From Candidatus Burarchaeum australiense (lineage in GTDB: Archaea > Micrarchaeota > Micrarchaeia > Burarchaeales > Burarchaeaceae), in the NCBI GenBank assembly GCA_902386535.1, contig CABMJK010000014.1, positions 1 to 57,236 of the forward strand: 57,236 nucleotides of DNA. The letters are read 5' to 3'. Positions within the stretch are counted from its first letter, which is position 1. Each line of letters starts with the position of its first letter. The notes beneath the pieces are model-generated. The model was not told the origin of the DNA, made no database searches, and saw only the letters and a list, made by a program, of their open reading frames with translations. This document shows positions 35,993 to 48,548 of the stretch, piece after piece. Made by a program: the position numbers and the translations under genes.

Positions 35993-36095
35993 GAAAGGCC
36001 ATCGCCCAGGCCCTATAAATAGCTTGCCTTTCCGGCCGAAAGCGCCCGGAACCTCGACGCTAGATATAAATACCCCCTCAGGTCAAAACTGGGCA

Positions 36096-36204
36096 GGCCC
36101 ACTTTCTCTACGGAGAAAGGGGCCCCTTTACGTCCGCTTTACGCAAAGCGTAAAGGGATCCCTTTCTGCCTCGGGGCAGAAAGAGGACGGATACGTAAAG
36201 AGGG
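36096..36204 (+). ncRNA. candidate structured RNA or 5' leader upstream of smc (four helices)
   Basis: Hand-folded. H1 spans 36096-36124. An outer helix pairs 36124-36132 with 36194-36204 and encloses H2 (36137-36155) and H3 (36160-36186). A TATA-like ATATAAATA lies at 36064-36072. Confidence 0.3.
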
Positions 36205-36211
36205 CGATCGG

Positions 36212-39200
36212 TTGGTTTTCATAAAGGAACTGTCACTTCGGAACTTCAAGTCCTTCAAGAGCGTGGACATAAAGCTCACGCCAGGCCTCGTGTGCCTCGC
36301 GGGCCCGAACGGCTCGGGCAAGTCCAACGTGACCGACGCCATCAGGTTTGCGCTGGGCGAGATGAGCCTCAAGCAGCTCAGGCCCGAGGGCAAGAAGGCG
36401 AGCGGCCTCATCAGGCGCGGGGCCAAGCACGCGCAGGTCGGCATAATTTTCGGGGGCGAGGGCGGGGTCGAGGTGAAGCGGGCCATAAGGGATGACGGCA
36501 AGATGGCCTACAAGCTGGATGACAAGCACGCAACCCGCACTTCCGTAATCGAGACGTTGCGCAAGCTGGGTGCGGACGTGGGCGAGCACAACGTCATAGC
36601 GCAGGGCGAGGTCGACCGCGTGGTCAAGATGAACGCCAAGGAAAGGCGCGAAATCATCGACCGCGTGTCCGGCGTCTACGAGTTCGAGGAAAAGAAGAAG
36701 GAGGCGCTGTCCGAGCTGGCCAAGGTCGAGAGCCGCATAGGCGAGGCCAACATCGCGATTTCCGAGCGCGAGGGCCTGCTGTCCGAGCTCGAGAAGCAGA
36801 AGGACGAGGCATTGCACTACACTGAGTTGAGCACGGAGCTCAAGCGGGCCAAGGGCACTTTGATTCATTCCGAGCTTGCGCGGCTCGAGAAGGAGTTCGA
36901 TGGCAGCGCGAAGAAAACTGCAGACCTGCAGGCCAAATACGACCAACTGCAGCATGACCTCGAGATGCTGGAGGCCAAGACGAGCGGGCTCGAGGCCGAG
37001 CGGGCCAAGGTGGCTAGCATGATAAACGAGCAGGCCGGCAAGGAGGGCCTGCGCGAGGAGCTCGAGCGCCTGCGCACCGAGATTGAGAGCAACTCGCGCC
37101 TGAAGCTCGAGAAGGCGCGGCAAGTGGACGAGCTCAAGGCGAAGAACAAGGCGGTCGAGCAGGAGCTCAGGGATGCCGAGAGCAAGATTGCGGTCTCGCG
37201 CAAGGAGATGGGCGAGGCCGAGAAGCAGGCCAAGGCGATTGCGGGCGAGGTGGGTGCGGGCGAGAAGGAAAGGGCGCGCGTGCTCTCGGGGGCCGGCGGG
37301 AAGCGCGCAGCCGAGCTGCGCAAGAGGCATGCCGAGCTCATGAGGCAGCTCGAGGAGAAGAAGGGCGCCTCGCTCGAGTCCGAATCGGCGGTCGTGCGCG
37401 ATTCCGAGATTGCCAAGCTCAAGGAAGCCGAGCTCGGGGACATACGCGAGGAGCTGGGCGAGGGGAACGGCAAGACCGAGGAACTCGAGTTGAGCCTGGC
37501 GGAGCTCAAGGCCAAGCTCTCCGGGTTTGCAAAAGAGGAGGATGACGTTTTCGAACGCGAGAAGGAGCTCAACAAGGTCCTGCCTTCCTATGACAGGAAA
37601 ATACTCGAGATAGGGAACAAGCTGCCCGAGATAAGGATGACGAGCGGCAAGAGGCCCGCGGTCGACGCGGTGCTGAGCGCCTCCAAGAGCGGCCAGCTCG
37701 AGGGCATCATCGGCACGGTGTCCGACACTTGCACTTTCGACGAGAAATATGCGCTGGCCATAGAGGCGAGCGCAGGCCCGCGCCTGCACTATATTCTGAC
37801 AGAGGACATAGATGCCGCAATGGATGCGATAGAGCACTTGAAGAAGACGAAGGCAGGCAGGTGCTCGTTCATCCCGCTCAACCGGAAGATTTCCGAGCTT
37901 CCCGCAGACGCAGTGCAGTTCGAAAAGTCCCAGGGTGCGCTGGGCTTCCTCATAAACCTGGTGCAGTTCGACAAGAGATACACGAACGCGCTCAGCTACG
38001 TCTTCGGCGACACGCTGCTCGTGAGCGATGCCGCTACGGCAAAGAGATTGGCCGGCAAAGTGCGCGCGGTCACGCTTGAGGGCGAGCTTTTCGAGCGCTC
38101 GGGCATAATCACGGGCGGGCCCTTTGGCCAGACCTCCTCGCTCAAGAGCAGGCTCGAGCTCGAGAGGCTCGAGAAGGAAATGGACGAGGTGCAGAGGGCC
38201 AAGAAGGCCGCACTCGAGGAGCTTTACTCCTCGCGCGAGCAGCTGGGCCTGAAGAGGCGGGAAAAGGCGACCCTCGAGGTGAAGGTGCGCGGCATCGAGA
38301 TTGAGCTCGAGAGCTTCAATGCTGCGCGCGAGAAGAAGAAAGGGCTGGCGCAGAGGCGCTCGGAGCTTGAGGCCGATCTCGGGAAGTTGCGCTCATCAAT
38401 AGAGTCAAATGGTAAGAAGGCGGGCGAGCTGAAGGAATCCCTCTCGCGCATAGACTCGGAGCTCGCGTCAATCTCGAAGATGCTCGAGAGCCAGGAGATG
38501 CCCCAGGAAAAGGCCGAGGAGCTCGCGCTCATTGAGGGCAAGATAAACGAGCTGTCGGAAAAGAGGCGCGAGCTCGAGGGCGTTGCCTCGTCCAAGAAGA
38601 CCGAGGTCAAGCTTCTCGAGGAAAACACAGCCAAGGACAGGCAGGAGCTCGGGGTTGCGGGCCTTTCGCTCAAGGAAATGCTCGCCGCCATTTCGCAGCT
38701 CGAGTCAGCAATCGAAACCGATTCCGACGTTCTGGAGGAGAAGGAGGTCAAGCTCAAGGAGGCGAGCAAGAAGATGACCGCGCTCTACGAGCAGCAACAG
38801 CAGATGAGCGCCGAGATAGAGAAATTCTCCAAGGAAAAGGGGAAGACGCAGGCGCTCTTCAACCGCGCCTCGAATGATTTGGGCGAGGTGAAGTCCACGC
38901 GCATGCTGGCCGAGACGCGGCTCGGGGACCTGAAGGCCGAATGGGTCGAGTACAAGGACATCGAGCCCATGAAGCTCTCGAAGGACGAGCTCGAGGACCG
39001 GATGAGGGAGGTCGAGGGTCAGCTCAGCACCCTCGGCGCGGTCAACATGCTGGCTCCCGAGCAGTACGAGCAGAAGGGCAAGGAGCTGAAGGAGAAGAAG
39101 GACATCATAGGCAAGCTCGGCGAGGAGAAGAAGGCGGTGCTCAACATGATCCAGGAAATAGACGGCAGGAAGGCGGAGATTTTCCTCCAGACTTTCAGGA

Positions 39201-39658
39201 ACGTGGACGAGAACTTCCGCAAGATATTCAACTACGCTTTCCCGGGCGAGGGCACGCTTTTGCTCGACAAGCCCGAGGAGATTTTCGACAGCGGGCTGCA
39301 GATAAAGGTCCGCGTTGACGGCAAGGACCACTACATCGAGGCGAAGTCGGGCGGCGAGCGCTCGCTGCTGGCGCTCCTCTTCGTGTTCTCCATCCACTCC
39401 ACCAAGCCCGCGTCATTCTACATGCTGGACGAGGCCGACGCGGCGCTGGACAAGGAGAACAGCAAGAAGCTGGCCGACATGCTGAAGCAGTTGTCGAAGA
39501 ATGCGCAGTTCATCGTCGTGACGCACAACGACACCGTGCTCTCCTCGGCCGACATCGCTCTCGGCGTGACGCGGCAGGACGGGGCTTCGAAGATTGTCGG
39601 CATAGAGTTCAAGAAGGTGGCGGCAGCCTCGGCTCCGGTCCAGGCTCCGCCAGCCTGA
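36212..39658 (+). CDS. smc: SMC chromosome segregation ATPase
   Basis: N-terminal Walker A GPNGSGKSN, long coiled coils, a hinge (GRCSFIPLN...VFGDTLLV), and C-terminal SGGERSLLALLF plus Walker B FYMLDEADAALD. TTG start. Confidence 0.95.
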   Translation: MVFIKELSLRNFKSFKSVDIKLTPGLVCLAGPNGSGKSNVTDAIRFALGEMSLKQLRPEGKKASGLIRRGAKHAQVGIIFGGEGGVEVKRAIRDDGKMAYKLDDKHATRTSVIETLRKLGADVGEHNVIAQGEVDRVVKMNAKERREIIDRVSGVYEFEEKKKEALSELAKVESRIGEANIAISEREGLLSELEKQKDEALHYTELSTELKRAKGTLIHSELARLEKEFDGSAKKTADLQAKYDQLQHDLEMLEAKTSGLEAERAKVASMINEQAGKEGLREELERLRTEIESNSRLKLEKARQVDELKAKNKAVEQELRDAESKIAVSRKEMGEAEKQAKAIAGEVGAGEKERARVLSGAGGKRAAELRKRHAELMRQLEEKKGASLESESAVVRDSEIAKLKEAELGDIREELGEGNGKTEELELSLAELKAKLSGFAKEEDDVFEREKELNKVLPSYDRKILEIGNKLPEIRMTSGKRPAVDAVLSASKSGQLEGIIGTVSDTCTFDEKYALAIEASAGPRLHYILTEDIDAAMDAIEHLKKTKAGRCSFIPLNRKISELPADAVQFEKSQGALGFLINLVQFDKRYTNALSYVFGDTLLVSDAATAKRLAGKVRAVTLEGELFERSGIITGGPFGQTSSLKSRLELERLEKEMDEVQRAKKAALEELYSSREQLGLKRREKATLEVKVRGIEIELESFNAAREKKKGLAQRRSELEADLGKLRSSIESNGKKAGELKESLSRIDSELASISKMLESQEMPQEKAEELALIEGKINELSEKRRELEGVASSKKTEVKLLEENTAKDRQELGVAGLSLKEMLAAISQLESAIETDSDVLEEKEVKLKEASKKMTALYEQQQQMSAEIEKFSKEKGKTQALFNRASNDLGEVKSTRMLAETRLGDLKAEWVEYKDIEPMKLSKDELEDRMREVEGQLSTLGAVNMLAPEQYEQKGKELKEKKDIIGKLGEEKKAVLNMIQEIDGRKAEIFLQTFRNVDENFRKIFNYAFPGEGTLLLDKPEEIFDSGLQIKVRVDGKDHYIEAKSGGERSLLALLFVFSIHSTKPASFYMLDEADAALDKENSKKLADMLKQLSKNAQFIVVTHNDTVLSSADIALGVTRQDGASKIVGIEFKKVAAASAPVQAPPA

Positions 39659-39666
39659 GGCAGTTG

Positions 39667-40722
39667 ATGCGCATGCCCCTTCACAAGAAAAGGCTCCAGA
39701 ACTTTTTCGCAGCCTCGAGGGCAGACTCGCTCCTGCTGCACAACGGCGATGCGGAAGGCTATTTCGACGTTAACTACTTCTACTTCACCGGCCTTGCGCT
39801 CGACAACTCGCTCCTCCTCGCTAAGAGGAACGGCGCCTCGACCCTGCTCTGCACGCCCCTGAACTACGAGGCCGCGCAAGCAAAGGCAGGCGCGGGCGTA
39901 TCGGTCGTGAAGATTGACCGGAAGGCGCTCTCGCTTGAGCTGAAGAAGCTGCTCGCAGGCTGCAAAAGAATCGGAATCAACAAGCGCTCACTCCGGCTCT
40001 CGACCTTCGACGTGCTGAAAAAGGCCGGTAATGGGAAGAAATTCATGGACGTGAGCGAGGAGCTGGGTGAGAACCGCGCGGTGAAGGATGCGGAGGAGCT
40101 TGCAATTTTGAAAAGATGCGTTGCCAAAACTCGCGCCCTGCTTGACTCGGTCGGGGCCGAAATCAGGCCCGGCATGCGCGAAGAGGAAATCCTGAAGCGC
40201 CTTCGCGCGGGCGCGCTCGAGCTCGGGGCCGAGCTTTCCTTCCCCCCGATAATTCTTAGCGGCCCGAAGGCGCGCGTGCCTCATGGAATTACGGGAGGGC
40301 GGCGGGTCGGGGCCAACGAGGCCGTGCTCATGGACTTCGGCCTGAAGATGAATGGCTATTGCTCGGACTTGACCAGATGCTACTTTACAGGCCCATGCAA
40401 AGAAGAGCGCGCGGTTTACGGCAAGCTGCAGCATGTGCAGCACGAGTTGGCCGACTATGGAAGGGCAGGCACGCGCATTTCCGAGTTCGTGAAAAAATCA
40501 GACGCGCTGATGAAGCTGGCAGGCTTGCCGAAGCTGCCGCACGCGATGGGCCATGGCATAGGCCTCTACGTGCATGAACAGCCCTCGCTGCACGCGGACT
40601 CGAAGAAGAAACTGAAGGCCGGCATGACTTTGGCCCTCGAGCCCTCCTACTACGGGAAAAAGTTCGGCCTGCGCTACGAGAATGATTTCGTGGTGGGCAA
40701 AAGGAAGCTGGAAATTCTCTAA
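39667..40722 (+). CDS. M24-family Xaa-Pro peptidase
   Basis: Pita-bread fold motifs: DFGLKMNGYCSDLTR, HGIGLYVHEQP, ALEPSYY. Confidence 0.85.
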   Translation: MRMPLHKKRLQNFFAASRADSLLLHNGDAEGYFDVNYFYFTGLALDNSLLLAKRNGASTLLCTPLNYEAAQAKAGAGVSVVKIDRKALSLELKKLLAGCKRIGINKRSLRLSTFDVLKKAGNGKKFMDVSEELGENRAVKDAEELAILKRCVAKTRALLDSVGAEIRPGMREEEILKRLRAGALELGAELSFPPIILSGPKARVPHGITGGRRVGANEAVLMDFGLKMNGYCSDLTRCYFTGPCKEERAVYGKLQHVQHELADYGRAGTRISEFVKKSDALMKLAGLPKLPHAMGHGIGLYVHEQPSLHADSKKKLKAGMTLALEPSYYGKKFGLRYENDFVVGKRKLEIL

Positions 40723-42905
40723 TCCAGGAAAGCTTCCGGCCTCGGCGGCTCCTTGGGCTCGCCCTTCCTCTCGCGGATCTGGTAAACGATCTTCTTCTGC
40801 AATTCCTTGTTAAGGGGCTCGAAGCCAGCGTACTCGGTGTACCAGATGGCGCGGCCCTGGGTCGCGCCGCGGATGCTGTTCGAGAAGCCGAACATCTCGG
40901 CCACGGGCACCTTTGAGGTGACTGACACTGCCTCGCCCTCCTGCTCGATGTTCAGCACCTGGCCGCGCCTTCCCTGCACCTGGCTGATGATGCCGCTCAT
41001 GTATTCCTGCGGCGCCTGCACGAGAAGCTTCTGCTTCGGCTCGAGCAGCTGCACGCCCGCCAAAAGCATGGCGGCATAAATCGGGTTGCGCACTGCCGGG
41101 ATTATCTGCGCAGGCCCACGGTGAACGGGGTCCTCGTGGATTTTCGCATCGACAATTTTGACCATCATGCCCGACACCCTCTCCTTTGCGAGAGGGCCCT
41201 TGGTGCACGCCTCCTGGAAAGCCTGGATGACGAGCTCCATTATCTCGTCCATGTACTGCACTCCCTTGGTGGCATCCACTAGGATGTTCATGTTGAATAC
41301 ATCTTCAATATTGCGCGCATCCTCGCGTTCCATGCCGGCCTCGATGTAGGGCTCCCAGAAGCCCTTGCCCTTCGGCTTCTTGTTCGGCACCGTGCCTTCG
41401 GTAAGCGCCTGCACCAGCTTCTCGGGCAGCGGCTCGACCGTCACCTTTATCTTGGTGTGCTTGTTCGGCGACTTGCCCTCAACCGGCCCGGCCGACCCCA
41501 TGATGGTCTCGCGGTAAACGACAATCGGAGGCGAGGTCTCAATCGCCACGCCCTTCTCTTTTGAAATCTTGTACTCTATGATTTCCAGATGCAGCTCGCC
41601 CATGCCCGACAGCAGGTGCTCGCCCGTCTCCTGGTTAATCTCGACCTTGAGCGTCGGGTCCTCTTTTGCTAACTGCCGCAGAATCTCGATTAGCTTGACC
41701 AGGTCCGAGGTGTTCTTGGCCTCGACCGACTTCGTGACCACGGGCTCGGAGTAGTGCTTTATCTGCTCGAAAGGCTCGAGCTCGCCCTCGCTGATGGTCT
41801 CGCCCACATAGAGGTCGTGAAGGCCGACAATCGCGGCAATGTTGCCCGCAGGCACTGACTCAACCAGCACCCTGTCAATACCCATGTAAATGCCGACCTG
41901 CTGCACCTTTTCGCTGGAGTGCTTTGACGCCAGCGTGAGCTCGGTGCCCTTCTTCACCGTGCCCGAGAATATGCGCGCAATGCCGACCTCGCCCGCGTGC
42001 TCGTCAATGGTGACTCCGAAAACGACCCCGCACACCTTGCCCTTCGCGTTGGTCGACGTCATGCCCTTGCCATACTCGCTCTCCAGATCGCCCTTCCAAA
42101 GGACCGGCACCCGGTATTTCTGCGCGGTCATGGGGTTCGGCAGGTGCGTAATCGCCATTTCCAAAATGACCTCGTCGATGGGCCCCTTCTCCATCAGCGA
42201 CTTGTGGTCCTGCTTCGAGCAGTAGTCGTAGATTATCTTGAAGTTCAGCCCGCTCCTCTTCATGTGGGGCACGCTCACGGCCCATTTGTTGTACGCGGAG
42301 CCGAAGCACACGTTGCCTTTCTCGGGCGAGATGAGCCACTCGTCCTTGTAATCCCCGGCATAGTTGGTTATGAGCTTGTTAACGCCGTTTATGATTTTCA
42401 TAAGCCTTTCCTGCATGGCCTCGGGGCTGAGCTTCAGCTCGTTGATGAGCCTGTCGATCTTGTTGATGAAAAGCGTGGGCTTGGATTTTTCCTTGAGCGC
42501 CTGCCTGACGACCGTCTCGGTCTGCGGCATCACGCCCTCCACCGAGTCGACCACGAGAATTATGCCGTCGACCGCGCGCATGGCGCGCGTCACGTGCCCG
42601 CCGAAGTCCACATGGCCCGGCGTGTCGATGAGGTTTATCAAGTGGGGCTTTCCATGGTAGGTGAAGCCCAAAGAAATGTTGGCTGCCTTAATCGTGATTC
42701 CGCGCGCCTGCTCCTGCTCGTCGTAGTCAAGTACGCGCTGCTCGCCCGCTAAATCCTTTGAGATGAGGCCGGCCCTCGCGACCAGGGAGTCCGACATCGT
42801 GGTCTTGCCGTGGTCCACGTGGGCAACTATGGCCATGTTGCGGACCTGCTCTAGGTTGCTCATGATAGCCTGGACTTCCTCGACCACGTATTCTTTTCGA
42901 ACCAT
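40719..42905 (-). CDS. fusA: translation elongation factor 2 (aEF-2)
   Basis: IVAHVDHGKTT, DTPGHVDF and a diphthamide-region HRG motif. The start is taken at MVRKEY (the track ORF extends 12 codons further). Confidence 0.95.
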   Translation of the reverse strand: MVRKEYVVEEVQAIMSNLEQVRNMAIVAHVDHGKTTMSDSLVARAGLISKDLAGEQRVLDYDEQEQARGITIKAANISLGFTYHGKPHLINLIDTPGHVDFGGHVTRAMRAVDGIILVVDSVEGVMPQTETVVRQALKEKSKPTLFINKIDRLINELKLSPEAMQERLMKIINGVNKLITNYAGDYKDEWLISPEKGNVCFGSAYNKWAVSVPHMKRSGLNFKIIYDYCSKQDHKSLMEKGPIDEVILEMAITHLPNPMTAQKYRVPVLWKGDLESEYGKGMTSTNAKGKVCGVVFGVTIDEHAGEVGIARIFSGTVKKGTELTLASKHSSEKVQQVGIYMGIDRVLVESVPAGNIAAIVGLHDLYVGETISEGELEPFEQIKHYSEPVVTKSVEAKNTSDLVKLIEILRQLAKEDPTLKVEINQETGEHLLSGMGELHLEIIEYKISKEKGVAIETSPPIVVYRETIMGSAGPVEGKSPNKHTKIKVTVEPLPEKLVQALTEGTVPNKKPKGKGFWEPYIEAGMEREDARNIEDVFNMNILVDATKGVQYMDEIMELVIQAFQEACTKGPLAKERVSGMMVKIVDAKIHEDPVHRGPAQIIPAVRNPIYAAMLLAGVQLLEPKQKLLVQAPQEYMSGIISQVQGRRGQVLNIEQEGEAVSVTSKVPVAEMFGFSNSIRGATQGRAIWYTEYAGFEPLNKELQKKIVYQIRERKGEPKEPPRPEAFLD

Positions 42906-42948
42906 GTCAAAACACCTAAGGGAATTTGCCGCAGGCCGCACTCACTCC

Positions 42949-43596
42949 TTATCGCGTGCTTCTCGCCATGCGCTCCGTCTCGTCCCGCTTCTTTATAGCG
43001 TAACTGTTTATGCTGTTCTGCGATGCAAGCACGATTTCGTCCGCCAGCGCCTGCCCGAGCGTCTTCGGGTTGTTGAACGCTGCCATGATGGCCGAAAGCG
43101 CCAGATTCCTGAGATCCATGTCCAGCCTTCTCTGGGGAGAAACGTCCACTGCCACCTGGTAGGAAATGCCGCCGTACTGCACGCGGGTCGTGTCCTCGCG
43201 CGGCGCCGTGTTCTTGAGCGCGAGAACGAGCACCTGCACCGGGTTCTGGTTCGTCCTCTTCGCGATGTCGGCGAACGCCTCCTCCACGGTCTTCATGGCC
43301 TTCGACTTCTTGCCCTGCAGCTTGCCGTGCGTGCGAATGACCTTTCCGCTCGTCTTCTCGCCCGTGCCTCCCCTCATCAGCTTGTTCACGAGCCGCTCGA
43401 CGATGTTCACCCGCATCTTGCCGAACTGCTTGTGCGCCTGCCTTCCGTGCGAGTGGGGCAGCGAGACCGGGGTCAGGTTTATGTAGGGCCCGAGGCTCAG
43501 GTCGTCCACCTTCACTTCGCTCATGTCGTATTTGTTGAAAATCATTTCAGCCATAAGATCACACCGCGTTGTTTCCCAATCGAGTTTCAGTTTCAA
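42949..43596 (-). CDS. rps7: 30S ribosomal protein S7 (uS7)
   Basis: Sequence and position (between S12 and EF-2) match the conserved str-like cluster. Confidence 0.95.
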   Translation of the reverse strand: MKLKLDWETTRCDLMAEMIFNKYDMSEVKVDDLSLGPYINLTPVSLPHSHGRQAHKQFGKMRVNIVERLVNKLMRGGTGEKTSGKVIRTHGKLQGKKSKAMKTVEEAFADIAKRTNQNPVQVLVLALKNTAPREDTTRVQYGGISYQVAVDVSPQRRLDMDLRNLALSAIMAAFNNPKTLGQALADEIVLASQNSINSYAIKKRDETERMARSTR

Positions 43597-43602
43597 TCAT
43601 CT

Positions 43603-44037
43603 CTATCTCTTCGGCTTCTCCTTCTTGCCCAGCCTGAGCTGGTCCAGGTTCACGCCGTTGACCGCGACCACCTTGTAGCGCACGCCGGGTATCGAGCCCA
43701 TCTGCCCTCTCTGCGAGCCGCCGAGCCCGTCCACGATTACCTCGTCGTGCTCGTCAATGAAATTGATTGCCTTGTTGCGGGGCGCAAAGGCGGTGATTAT
43801 CCTGCCGTTCTTCGAGAGCTGGACCTTCACGCACTTTATCAGGCCGGAGTGCGGTTGCTTCTGTTCCAGCGCGCGCTTCTCCAGCACAATGCCGCGCGCC
43901 TGAGGCGCGGCCTCGAGCATGTCATATTTCTCCTTGAGCCTCAGCTTCCGCCTGTACCACGTCTTCTTGAGCCCGCGCTGGCGCTTCCGCTGCCGCCGCA
44001 GATCCCGCGCTCCAAATTCTCCACGACCCATAAACAC
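43603..44037 (-). CDS. rps12: 30S ribosomal protein S12 (uS12)
   Basis: [18 protein letters not shown]...IPGVRYKVV is the archaeal S12 signature. Confidence 0.95.
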   Translation of the reverse strand: MFMGRGEFGARDLRRQRKRQRGLKKTWYRRKLRLKEKYDMLEAAPQARGIVLEKRALEQKQPHSGLIKCVKVQLSKNGRIITAFAPRNKAINFIDEHDEVIVDGLGGSQRGQMGSIPGVRYKVVAVNGVNLDQLRLGKKEKPKR

Positions 44038-44111
44038 ACCCGCATATCATGCCGACATTTTTCATTTCCCGTCCAACAGCCTCGCATCACCGCATATCGC
44101 GCTTTCTCGCA

Positions 44112-44540
44112 TCAATCCTTCGTAGCCAGACGAAGATCAGCGTTGAAGCGGCGCCGGAGCAATGCCTTCTCCATCTTGATTCGCTCGCCGCCCTTCCCTA
44201 TTGCCGCGCCCCTGTCCCGCGCATCGACTGTAACAATAGCAGTCCGCGTATTATCTTTCTCTTGAATGTTTAAATTACTTATGGGGACCGGCTTGAGCAG
44301 GTTTACGACGAAATCCTTGATATCGTCGGCACTTTCAACGACGAAAAGCGGCTTTCCGAACGCCTTGCGCGCCCTTTCGAGCGAGCTGCCGCCCTTGCCA
44401 ATCGCCCTTCCCATCTCGCCCTCCTTTATGACGAACGCAATGCCCTCCTCGCCAATGAGGCAGTCCTTCACGATTGCCCCGGTCTGGCTCTCGAACAGTT
44501 CGATGCACTTCATCTCGTCGTTGCTTAAGGTGACCATCAA
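44112..44540 (-). CDS. nusA: archaeal NusA-like KH-domain protein
   Basis: Two KH GxxG motifs (AIGKGGSSL, AIGKGGERI). Conserved position after L30e. Confidence 0.85.
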   Translation of the reverse strand: MMVTLSNDEMKCIELFESQTGAIVKDCLIGEEGIAFVIKEGEMGRAIGKGGSSLERARKAFGKPLFVVESADDIKDFVVNLLKPVPISNLNIQEKDNTRTAIVTVDARDRGAAIGKGGERIKMEKALLRRRFNADLRLATKD

Positions 44541-44572
44541 AAAACCAACTTCATCTTTTCTCGCTCGCGCGC

Positions 44573-44938
44573 CTAGGCGGCGGCAGCCTCGCCCGCGCCT
44601 TCAGCCTCCTCCTTCTCTTCGGCAGGGGCCTCGGCCTTCGCAGCAGGCGGCTTGCCCATTTCCAGCACTCCGGACGAGCCGGCATCGAGCACGGTGAAAA
44701 TGCTAATGGGGAACGGCTTTCCGCACACTGCGCCGAGCTCCACGGAAGTGCCCTTGTAGGTCACGAGCGCAGCCCCGCTCTTCGCGCACTGCTCCTCTAC
44801 CTTCTTCCTTATGGCCGAAGGGCAGTTGGATGAAACGAGCACGAGCTTTGCCTTGGCCGCGGACCTTACGCCGCTGCGCGTCCCGAACTCGACCTTCCCG
44901 CTTTCGATTGCCATCCTCAGGTTTTTTTCAACGTCCAT
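44573..44938 (-). CDS. rpl30e: 50S ribosomal protein L30e (eL30) with Ala/Glu-rich C-terminal tail
   Basis: The L7Ae/L30e fold region (KLVLVSSNCP) and its position after rpoA2. It has an extra tail of about 25 aa, AAKAEAPAEEKEEAEGAGEAAAA. Confidence 0.85.
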   Translation of the reverse strand: MDVEKNLRMAIESGKVEFGTRSGVRSAAKAKLVLVSSNCPSAIRKKVEEQCAKSGAALVTYKGTSVELGAVCGKPFPISIFTVLDAGSSGVLEMGKPPAAKAEAPAEEKEEAEGAGEAAAA

Positions 44939-48483
<3,545 letters not shown>

Positions 48484-48548
48484 CAGTCATATTTCCCATC
48501 AAGTTCCAATCAACCAGTTCTTCCCCATCATCAACGTCATACGCAATC

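Noticed and set aside
36096-36204. Possibility that the structured element is RNase P RNA or SRP RNA
   Set aside because: At about 110 nt it is too short. It lacks the conserved RNase P CR-I GAGGAAAGUCC motif (it has only the loosely similar GGAGAAAGGGGCC) and lacks SRP motifs.
36233-37837. 534-aa ORF antisense to smc
   Set aside because: It lies entirely inside the well-supported smc gene on the opposite strand. Its composition is low-complexity and Leu/Arg/Ala-rich, typical of shadow ORFs in GC-rich DNA.
42763-44265. 500-aa plus-strand ORF across EF-2, S7, S12 and NusA
   Set aside because: Antisense to four conserved genes, with an Arg/Leu/His-rich junk-like sequence.
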